From positions 1 through 64,000 of the IMG/VR virus record IMGVR_UViG_3300023199_000051: a DNA stretch of 64,000 nucleotides, one strand, 5' to 3'. This DNA comes from a virus. The position numbers were made by a program, and so were the translations under genes. Below are positions 36,983 through 44,999 of the stretch, one piece after another; position 1 is the stretch's first letter, and every line of letters starts with the position of its first letter. Under the pieces are notes generated by a model, which did no database searches, had not been told where the DNA came from, and worked only from the letters and a program-made list of their open reading frames with translations.

Positions 36983-37543
36983 ATGTTCGAGCTGTCCCCA
37001 TACCCCATTGCAGGTCCATGGGTCCGGTACAGGGTCGCAGATGGAGATGCGCGCTACCCGGAGCCCGAGATTCCATTGCCCGGCTCCTGGCTTGGCGTAG
37101 TCCCCGAGCACATCCTTAGGGCCATATCCCCCGCCAGCACGGCGGAGAGTGCTAGGGACCAGCTCGCTGACAGTCTGCAGTTCACGTCACACCGGGGCGG
37201 CTCGTTCGCAGCGGTGCACCTAGGCGTGCTGCTGCATCCCTGGACGGCCCTGTCCACCTCACCACGCCACACCCATGCAGCAGGGGCGCTGGTGGTCCGT
37301 GTGGGTGCCGTAGTGGCCGTGCAGCAGACATGGGAGCCCCCGCCCGAGAAGCTCCGCCTTCCCTTCCACGGTGTTGCGGAGGAGATGAAGGCTGTCCAGC
37401 AAGCACGGGACTGGGACAAGCTGTCACTGCTCTGCCCCGACCTCCCCCTGGGAGCCGCACGCCTGGTCATGCTTGGCCAGTGGACCCTTGGAGATCAGAG
37501 ACTTGTCGTCCCCAACCCCGCATTCAGGAAGAACATCGCATGA
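36983..37543 (+). CDS. Hypothetical protein
   Basis: ORF in the run. Confidence 0.55.
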   Translation: MFELSPYPIAGPWVRYRVADGDARYPEPEIPLPGSWLGVVPEHILRAISPASTAESARDQLADSLQFTSHRGGSFAAVHLGVLLHPWTALSTSPRHTHAAGALVVRVGAVVAVQQTWEPPPEKLRLPFHGVAEEMKAVQQARDWDKLSLLCPDLPLGAARLVMLGQWTLGDQRLVVPNPAFRKNIA

Positions 37544-38091
37544 AGAAAGCCACCGCTGACATCACAGCTTTCCACCGGGCTGGAAATGCCCCTGTCCTCG
37601 ACCACCCGCAGATCCCACCCTCCGATCGGGTTGAGCTGCGCAAGCGTCTCATCCGAGAAGAGGTCGGGGAGACCTTGACCGCCATCGACGAAGAAGACCT
37701 TGTCGAGCTTGCAGACGGCATCGCAGACAGCATCGTCGTTCTCATCGGCACCGCCTTGGAGTACGGCATCCCTCTCGAAGAGGTGTGGGAGGAGGTCCAC
37801 CGGGCGAACATGGACAAGTTCCCACCGTGCAGCAACACGCACTGTCACAGCGGTCGCGTCTACATCTACGATGACAGCCCAAGCTCCACCGATCCGTGTC
37901 CTGACTGCAACGGCCGCGGCACTCAGCTGCTGCTTCGGGATGATGGCAAGATCCTCAAGCCGGAAGGGTGGGAGCCGCCTGACATCGCCAAGGTGCTCTC
38001 AGCGGTCGCCTCGGCCTCCGCCCCGGCCCCCTCCGACGAACCCGAGGGTGACGCGGCCCCTGGAGCCACGTCCTCGGGAGCGTCCTCCTGA
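37540..38091 (+). CDS. MazG-like NTP pyrophosphohydrolase (PRA-PH/DR2231-like) with inserted Zn finger
   Basis: LIREEVGE, ELADGIADSIVV, EVHRANMDK, RDDGKILKPEGWEPPD. Confidence 0.85.
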   Translation: MKKATADITAFHRAGNAPVLDHPQIPPSDRVELRKRLIREEVGETLTAIDEEDLVELADGIADSIVVLIGTALEYGIPLEEVWEEVHRANMDKFPPCSNTHCHSGRVYIYDDSPSSTDPCPDCNGRGTQLLLRDDGKILKPEGWEPPDIAKVLSAVASASAPAPSDEPEGDAAPGATSSGASS

Positions 38092-38985
38092 GGTGCGGTG
38101 CTGGCGCCGCCCCGCTGGACGCCCGGTAGGCGGTTGGGTGCCATGCGATGACTGGGTTTGATGCCTACCGGACGCCGTGAACGGAGAGTGGGGACGCTGG
38201 CGTGGGGGTCTGTACCCCTCCATCGGAGGAAGGGGGCGTTGATCGTACAGTACCTCTTCCCACGATGGCTCTGGCTCAGGGGGAGGGGGCGGAGGTGAAG
38301 CGGGCACAGGTAGAGCATGCTCTTGGGCATGGGCGTCACCCATCACGTGGATGTGGACCTCCACACCAGCCCCTGACATGAGGTCTGTGAAGATCCCCTC
38401 GATAGCGTCAGCGATCTCCCGGAAGCTGCTGTCTGGGGGTCGCTCACCGGGATGCACCGCGTGCATGTGGTGGAAGGCCCCCATGATGTCGTCCATGGCA
38501 GCCGACCGCCGATGTCGCCTTGACCGGCGGTGCCGTCCCGGCCCCCGTCCTGGCCCCCGTCCCGGCCCCTGTCCCGCCCCCCGTGCCTGCTGACTGCGCG
38601 CCTTGCGAGCCTTCGCCTCTGCTTCCCTGGCCTTCGCCTCCGCGCGCTGCTGTGCTTCTCGCGCCCTGGCTTGCTGCTCAGCCCATGCTGCAAAGCTGTC
38701 TGGGTCGAACCCGAAGCCGCTGCTGCTAGGAGGGGGAGGTGGTGGAGGGTTCTTTGGCTGCGCCTTGCGCCGCACAGCCTTGAGCCCCTTGAGATAGTCG
38801 TAGGCCGCTTGCTTCTGCTTGAACACACCCTCGTCACCGTCAGGCCGGTCGGGGTGCCATTGCTTGGCTGCCTCCTTCCACGCCTGGCGGAGCGGTCCAC
38901 TCTTCCACGCCTGGAGGTCTTGTTCGGCCGTCTTCCCCTTCAACTCCGGGGCTTCGAGACCGAGCCTCTTGAGGGCTTCGGCCAT
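37999..38985 (-). CDS. J-domain protein with long low-complexity tail
   Basis: AWKEAAKQWHPDR...F.....AY..L (HPD motif); 12-bp x4 repeat at 38535-38582; 3' end overlaps the MazG-like gene, so the end is uncertain. Confidence 0.75.
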   Translation of the reverse strand: MAEALKRLGLEAPELKGKTAEQDLQAWKSGPLRQAWKEAAKQWHPDRPDGDEGVFKQKQAAYDYLKGLKAVRRKAQPKNPPPPPPPSSSGFGFDPDSFAAWAEQQARAREAQQRAEAKAREAEAKARKARSQQARGAGQGPGRGPGRGPGRHRRSRRHRRSAAMDDIMGAFHHMHAVHPGERPPDSSFREIADAIEGIFTDLMSGAGVEVHIHVMGDAHAQEHALPVPASPPPPPPEPEPSWEEVLYDQRPLPPMEGYRPPRQRPHSPFTASGRHQTQSSHGTQPPTGRPAGRRQHRTSGGRSRGRGSRGRVTLGFVGGGRGGGRGDR

Positions 38986-39047
38986 GGTGATCTTCAACGG
39001 CCCTCCTCGACTACACTGTAACGGACACACTGCACGGGAAGCTGCAT

Positions 39048-39833
39048 ATGCCTGCGATCATCCACCCGAAGTTCATCTACATCCACGTTCCGAAGTGCGG
39101 CGGCTACTACGTAGTCGAAGCGCTGAAGCGTGCTGGGATCATCGACCCAGAGCACCTGGTTGCCGCACCTACACACGTCAGCCTCTCGGATCTGTACCAG
39201 CTGTACGGCGCTGATCGCGGCCTGCCTGTGCTGGGAGGTGTCCGCAAGCCCCCGAGCTGGTATGCCTCATGGGTCCGGTACTTCTCGTGCCCTCCTGGTC
39301 ACAAGGGACCACCAGCATGGCCAGAGGCCCAGCGTGTGTGGGCTGCTGGCGGGCATGACCCAGTGCAGCTGATCAGCGCCATGTCCGACCCCACTCGCGC
39401 TGGCGTCCCCCACGAAGCCCAGCTGTACTCGGACTACACACTGCCCGTGATGTTCGGGGGCGGCTTCCGCGAACCGCTCGACGGGATGCGGCGCTGCAGC
39501 ATCGGCCTGTGCACCTGGTTCCATCTCTACGCCTTCTCCACAGTGCAGCACCCTCCTGCCGAGCTGGGCGCATGGCAAGACACCGTCCGCCTCGACCACG
39601 CGCTCCATACCGAGCAGCTGTCCTGGAACCTGAGCAAGGCCCTGGCCCGACTTGGCATCCGAACCGACCAGGTCACCCGCGCCATCAACACCACACCGAA
39701 GCAGAACACGACGGCCTCGCATGACACCGCGGAGGACAACCCGTGGCGCGTGCGCCCCGAAGACCTGCCACCTGGCCTGGTCGATCAGATCATGCAGCGT
39801 GACCGCTTCATTGTGGAGCGGTACTACCGCTAG
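39048..39833 (+). CDS. Sulfotransferase family protein
   Basis: FIYIHVPKCGG (5'-PSB-like), VRKP.SWY.S (3'-PB-like), LHTEQL. Confidence 0.7.
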   Translation: MPAIIHPKFIYIHVPKCGGYYVVEALKRAGIIDPEHLVAAPTHVSLSDLYQLYGADRGLPVLGGVRKPPSWYASWVRYFSCPPGHKGPPAWPEAQRVWAAGGHDPVQLISAMSDPTRAGVPHEAQLYSDYTLPVMFGGGFREPLDGMRRCSIGLCTWFHLYAFSTVQHPPAELGAWQDTVRLDHALHTEQLSWNLSKALARLGIRTDQVTRAINTTPKQNTTASHDTAEDNPWRVRPEDLPPGLVDQIMQRDRFIVERYYR

Positions 39834-40267
39834 GGCTGTCCTGGCGGGCGTCCAGGAGTCTGCTCTGCTGGCTCGCCTTCAGGCGCTTCACCCTCGTCTG
39901 ACGCCTGCACGGGTGCTGTGCTCACCGAGCCGAGCCCGAAGGGCAGCTCGATGGTGCCGCGGCCCACACCGATCATCGCCAGCGCAGCGAGGGCGGCCAT
40001 CATGACGAGGGAGGCCAGGAGCATGAACACCATCTTGCGGAAGCGCTCGGCGTCTTCCCGCGCCTGCTTGTTCTGCTTCTCCAACAGCGAGATCACGCGG
40101 TCAGTGGTCTCGTCTTCTCGCTGGTTGCGCTCCTTCTCGGCCCGCTTCGACTCGATGAACTGGCGCTTGACGAAGCCAGTCCACCCCTTCTGCCTCGTCG
40201 GCTCAGGCTCCGGCGTCGCTACCTCGCCTGCGGTTTCCGGCTCGCTGCCTGCATCATCGGTACCCAC
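39830..40267 (-). CDS. Coiled-coil membrane protein
   Basis: TM segment VFMLLASLVMMAALAALAMIGV. Confidence 0.6.
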   Translation of the reverse strand: MGTDDAGSEPETAGEVATPEPEPTRQKGWTGFVKRQFIESKRAEKERNQREDETTDRVISLLEKQNKQAREDAERFRKMVFMLLASLVMMAALAALAMIGVGRGTIELPFGLGSVSTAPVQASDEGEAPEGEPAEQTPGRPPGQP

Positions 40268-40321
40268 TGCGCACTCTCCTGCACCTCTATGTTAGCCCAG
40301 CGCAGCTCTACCTGGTAGCGG

Positions 40322-43300
40322 TCAGCCGTCTAGCCGGTAGATCACGCCCCCAGATACCCGGCCCTCTATGGGGAGCTTGAGCTTGACCTTCCGCTGGTAG
40401 GTTCCTCGTGAAGTGCGGCCCGTCTTCACGTCAGAGCGAACCGTGATGAAGGCCGCTCCACCCGGCTTGAGGCGGTCCCGAATCTCGCGCAGCAGTCCCG
40501 CTTGTGCCTTCTTCGGCACCGTGTTGAAGACGTAGGTGGCGAGGACCGTGTTGTACTTCGTGTCTGGCAGGTCGAAGGGACCATGGCAGGGGTCGTAGCC
40601 CTTCACCTGAAGACGCTGTCCTCGCAGCCACTCCACATCCGCACCGTGCCCCGAGCCGTAGTCGAGCACCGGTCCGCGAATCAGACCACGCTCATGCAGC
40701 CACCGCACAGGCGCCGAGGACCCGTTGCGGTGCAGAGCAGTCGGACACGACCGGTCGAGGTCCGCTTCAGTCTGCGCAGCAGGCAGCCGTTCGATGGGGC
40801 CAAGGCCCTGCGCGATTTGGTCCTCGGCCTGGCTATGCGCGTGCAGGTGCTTGGTCAGCTCACGAATCTGCAGCACCGGTCTCGCCCCACCTTCAGCCAG
40901 CGCCTCGACACTGCGTAGCATCCGAAGCAGGGGGTCATGCTGCGCCACAAGCGCATCAAAGGCGCCGGGCCGCCCCAGCTGCTGTTCCAGCATTGGGAAG
41001 ACATCATCTTCCTCGCCGACGAAGTGCTGCTCGCAATCGACCCGGAGCGCGCGCATGCACTTGGTGACCCGCTCCCAGTCGCCGGCCTCCGCGTACCGGA
41101 TCAGCGCAGCACACATGCCACGGATCTCATCATGGTCGTCGGTCAACCACTTCACCGGGTTGGAACCAGGAACATAGGGGCACTTCTCCACCCCAGAGTG
41201 TCCACTCTTGTAGGCCGCGGCGACCTGCTTCAGTGCTTGCTGTGCAGGAACACCGTCCTTGATCATCTTGCTCTGCTCGCGCGCCAGCTTCGTGACGGGC
41301 TCACCGATGATGTCCTCATACGACAGGCCGGCACGACGGGCCACGTCGTAGTTGTGCCGCCGTACCGGACTGAAGGTGTCGTCCAGCGTCTGATCTGTCA
41401 GGGGGCCCATCGGCTGCACGTCAACCCAGTGCGGGCCGCCGTACTCCTGGTGGTGCTCGGGGTGGTGCTGTTGCGCCTTCACCTGCTGCGCATACCCACG
41501 CTGCACCCTCTTCACGAAGGGGGACTCCTCGATCAGATCGACCCCCCAGCCCCACTCGCGCTCATGAGACTCGCCGAACTTCGGCCGGATGGTGATGACC
41601 ACTGGCACGGCCGGCAACCCGAGCTGCATGGCCGCCGCGGCGCGGTGCCTTCCCTCGTGACTCGTGATCTGCTTCTTGTCCCGGTCGTACTGCATCCACG
41701 GCACCGGGAAGCGGTCGCCAGACCGCATGGCCTGTGTGTACTGCGCCACCTTGTCAGGCCGAAGGATATCCACGAGATGCTTCAAGGGGGTTGAGGTCAG
41801 CTCCAGGAAGGCAGTCGGCTTCAGGAGGACGTGCACCGTGTTCCGGTCGTCGTACACGATGGGGATGTTGCGCCTTCGATCTTCATAGTCGAACTGCGGG
41901 GGCACCACCTCCGGCTTGTCCTTGAACCACAGCCGCGGCGCCATCTCGGAGATGAAGGTGTAGCGGAGCGGATCTTCAGAGGGCAACGCCTCAACCGACT
42001 CCTTCAGACGCCCAACGGCCGCTGGGATGGTGTCAAGTCCGTAGACCTGCGCGACGGCGCTCCGATGCCAACCATCCCAGATGCCGATCGCCTGGCCCCT
42101 TGGGTCCTCTATGACGACGATCTCCTCGATGTCACCGCGGCGGATTGCCTCTGCCATAGCCGCAGGGTCGTAGCCCCGCTGCTCGTACGCCCACTGCTCC
42201 TCCTCGAACCATTGCTGCCAGTCGTTGAGGTGGTCGAGCTTTGCAACGGGGTACCGCTCCACGCGCCAATCCATCTCTGCGGGATCGGCCTCTGGTGGGT
42301 TGTCGTAGCGGTACGCAGACGCCCACTCGATCTCCTGTGCGGTTGCAGCGCGTGACGCTCCAGCCGGCAGCTTCTCGATCGGCACTGACGCTTGCTGATG
42401 CACACGCCAGGCAGTCACCTGCGCAAATGGGTATTCCTGCGAGTCAGTAGGCACCCAGACATCGAGAACCCACTGATCAGCTCCAGCTGGAGCCCCATCC
42501 GGCTCTCCGGGCCGGATGACAGACGCCCTGATCTGAGCTTCGGCCATCGCTAGGGGCAGGTAGTCCGATTCGTCGGTTGTGGGGCAGAGCCAGCTTCCCC
42601 ACTCTCCTTCTTCCGCCTCCCACGGGGGCTCCTCAGCCCAGCCTCCCCACCCTCGCAGCAGACAGCGCTCACCCCAACCCTCAGTGGTGACCACCCACCC
42701 ATCTTGCAAGTGCTGCTGTGTCTGAGTGCCAAGGGGTATGGACGCGCCATCAACCCCCCTCACAGCACCTAAAACGGCGCCCCACACCGTATTCGGAACG
42801 CCTGAAGGGCGCCTCTTAGGTAGTCCAGCACTTCGGTGGAGAGGGGCATAGGATCTCTGACCACCACCAACCTCGCGCATCTCCTCGAAGTAAGGGGCTG
42901 CTTCGTCCACTGCCGCTTCTACAGTAGCAGCATCGAAGCTGCGCTCAGACGCCCCCTCGATCTCCTGTGCGGTCGCGGCGGCGGGCACAGCGGTAGCTGC
43001 AGCTGGAAGGCAGTCCCGCCCATCGAAGCAGATGCCAGAGTCGAGCACATCTTGAGCTGGAAGGGCCTCGACACCCGACTTGAACTGCTCCAACTGGATG
43101 ACGGGGATGTACCGCAGTCCCAACAGGCGAGCAGCGAAGGCCCGATGCCGTCCATCTACGAACTGGCCGTCGACGAAGATGATGGGCGGCATCTGCATCG
43201 AGGGGGCTTCACCCATGTTCACACCGGCAGCGCGCCAGGCTTCGCGGGCGAAGTAGGGAGAGTCGTACTCCAGCTTGACAGCTGGCTGTTCCCACTTCAA

Positions 43301-44938
43301 GGGGTAGGCGTCTTCCAGCCAGGTGTTCAGGATCTCGCCGGCGCTGCTATGCGGCCCGAGCCCGGCGGTCTGGAGTACCTGCACGATCTCCATGACGGCC
43401 GCGGGGCCCCGCTCGTCCCAGTGCTCCTCGGCGTCAATGTTGGTGGGCATACCCTGTGAGGTGTCTGCACCTGGAAAGTGCTTGCGGATCTCACGCCACA
43501 CCTCATCCATGGGCAGGGCATCCACTGTGACGCGCGTGTCCGAAGGTAGGAAGGCAACGCCGTAGTCCGGGTCTGGCGGGAGCCCGACGTCATCGGTGAG
43601 CGCCTGGAGGATGAACCCGTCCTCCTGGAAGTGCTGCGGCAGGTCGCCCCACCGGATCGTGCGAGATGTTGCAGTGGGCAGCGTCTCGATACCCAGCTCG
43701 CGGAGTAGGGCGTCGTCCTCTGCAGCCTGGGCCTCCACCTTCAAGGCGTGCGCCATACGCATCCAGTGCAGCTCTTCTCCAGACAGCCCCAGCGTTCGCA
43801 ACTCCCCGGCGCTCAGGTCGGTGCCCAGCTCGGGCACGTCGGACCCGGGGGCGTGGCTCACGCCCAGGTCCGTGATGCGCCACTCCCCAGCCGCGTTCCG
43901 CATCACGTTGCCGCCACGGATGTCGTCGGTCCACACCCCGCGCTCAGCGAGCTGTACCAGGGCGCTCCAGAGCAGCCTCACGTTGTCCTCGATGTTGGGG
44001 GCGAAGTAGGCACTCGCCTTGGCAGTGAAGACTTCCACACCCCTACGACTGTGGCGGCCCTCGACAGCTTCGCGTGCGTCGTGCGCCATGCGACGACCGT
44101 GGTTGTCGAGGTAGCGTTCCCCCGATGATGACAAGGGCTCCAAGTGCTCCTGTACGACACCATACAGACGTCTAGGACCCTGGTACACCGATGGAAGCTC
44201 GACCCCCGGCAGTGTGGAAGGGAAGGCGAACACCAGCGGTGCCCGAGCAACGCCCTTGATACCGAGACGTCCAACGAAGGCCCAGGCCGCAGCGTCGGTG
44301 GGATCTCCGGTGATCTTCAACACCCAACCAGGATAGTCAGGCAACGCATAGGCACAGCCGTAGTTGCCGCAGCCGAGCGCCATCGGGTTGTCGTAGCCGA
44401 CGTCGAGGTCGTAGGGCTTACGCTGGAGCATGATCAGGGCGGCGCGCTGCCACTTGTTGAAGTTGTCGCTGCCCCAGTCATGCTTTCCGAGCCCCCGCGA
44501 TTCGGCATAGGTGCGGGGATTGCCCTTTGGAGGGGCGCCACGAACGGGCAGCTCCTCCTGCCTCTTCGCATACCGCTTCAGCTTCGCTGGCTCTGGTGAG
44601 TAGGCCCATGCCGCCAGGGCCAGGTGCCGGCGGGTGGGGCGGCCGTCGTCCTCCCACAGCGGCTCACGGCCCTCCTGAACCTGTGCCATGTGGCGGGCGA
44701 TGAAGGCGTTGCGGCGACTGCGCCAGTGCTGACCGCTGTGACTGTCTTCGGTGAGCTTGTCGGGGTCACCATCAGCGCGGCGGTACGCGGCGATGAAGCC
44801 TCGCTTGCTCCGTGCAACCTTGCTCACTTTGCGATCCTGCATCTGCGGGACCAGGGCTTCGACCATGGTGAGTGGCAGCCATGCACGCTCGCCGGCCGGC
44901 AGCCCCTCGGTCGTCGTTGCGGTGGAGATCAGCTTCAT
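40322..44938 (-). CDS. About 1538-aa polyvalent protein: N-domain, protein kinase, three ParB-like domains, hemerythrin, SAM methyltransferase
   Basis: LGCGNYG/VLKIT/DIRGGN/TDLG; DGRHR, DGWHR, EGRHR; H..HF..EE..H..H..E; VLDYGSGHG..YDP..YVFN. Confidence 0.85.
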   Translation of the reverse strand: MKLISTATTTEGLPAGERAWLPLTMVEALVPQMQDRKVSKVARSKRGFIAAYRRADGDPDKLTEDSHSGQHWRSRRNAFIARHMAQVQEGREPLWEDDGRPTRRHLALAAWAYSPEPAKLKRYAKRQEELPVRGAPPKGNPRTYAESRGLGKHDWGSDNFNKWQRAALIMLQRKPYDLDVGYDNPMALGCGNYGCAYALPDYPGWVLKITGDPTDAAAWAFVGRLGIKGVARAPLVFAFPSTLPGVELPSVYQGPRRLYGVVQEHLEPLSSSGERYLDNHGRRMAHDAREAVEGRHSRRGVEVFTAKASAYFAPNIEDNVRLLWSALVQLAERGVWTDDIRGGNVMRNAAGEWRITDLGVSHAPGSDVPELGTDLSAGELRTLGLSGEELHWMRMAHALKVEAQAAEDDALLRELGIETLPTATSRTIRWGDLPQHFQEDGFILQALTDDVGLPPDPDYGVAFLPSDTRVTVDALPMDEVWREIRKHFPGADTSQGMPTNIDAEEHWDERGPAAVMEIVQVLQTAGLGPHSSAGEILNTWLEDAYPLKWEQPAVKLEYDSPYFAREAWRAAGVNMGEAPSMQMPPIIFVDGQFVDGRHRAFAARLLGLRYIPVIQLEQFKSGVEALPAQDVLDSGICFDGRDCLPAAATAVPAAATAQEIEGASERSFDAATVEAAVDEAAPYFEEMREVGGGQRSYAPLHRSAGLPKRRPSGVPNTVWGAVLGAVRGVDGASIPLGTQTQQHLQDGWVVTTEGWGERCLLRGWGGWAEEPPWEAEEGEWGSWLCPTTDESDYLPLAMAEAQIRASVIRPGEPDGAPAGADQWVLDVWVPTDSQEYPFAQVTAWRVHQQASVPIEKLPAGASRAATAQEIEWASAYRYDNPPEADPAEMDWRVERYPVAKLDHLNDWQQWFEEEQWAYEQRGYDPAAMAEAIRRGDIEEIVVIEDPRGQAIGIWDGWHRSAVAQVYGLDTIPAAVGRLKESVEALPSEDPLRYTFISEMAPRLWFKDKPEVVPPQFDYEDRRRNIPIVYDDRNTVHVLLKPTAFLELTSTPLKHLVDILRPDKVAQYTQAMRSGDRFPVPWMQYDRDKKQITSHEGRHRAAAAMQLGLPAVPVVITIRPKFGESHEREWGWGVDLIEESPFVKRVQRGYAQQVKAQQHHPEHHQEYGGPHWVDVQPMGPLTDQTLDDTFSPVRRHNYDVARRAGLSYEDIIGEPVTKLAREQSKMIKDGVPAQQALKQVAAAYKSGHSGVEKCPYVPGSNPVKWLTDDHDEIRGMCAALIRYAEAGDWERVTKCMRALRVDCEQHFVGEEDDVFPMLEQQLGRPGAFDALVAQHDPLLRMLRSVEALAEGGARPVLQIRELTKHLHAHSQAEDQIAQGLGPIERLPAAQTEADLDRSCPTALHRNGSSAPVRWLHERGLIRGPVLDYGSGHGADVEWLRGQRLQVKGYDPCHGPFDLPDTKYNTVLATYVFNTVPKKAQAGLLREIRDRLKPGGAAFITVRSDVKTGRTSRGTYQRKVKLKLPIEGRVSGGVIYRLDG

Positions 44939-44999
44939 AGAGACCAATCTAGCACTGCGGTCCCCAGCGCGCTCGGAGCTACCAGGCTACACTTCTGGC

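Noticed and set aside
44751-44999. N-terminal extension of the ORF-track 44751 start
   Set aside because: It overlaps the start of the divergent polyprotein gene; ATG 45000 follows a promoter motif.
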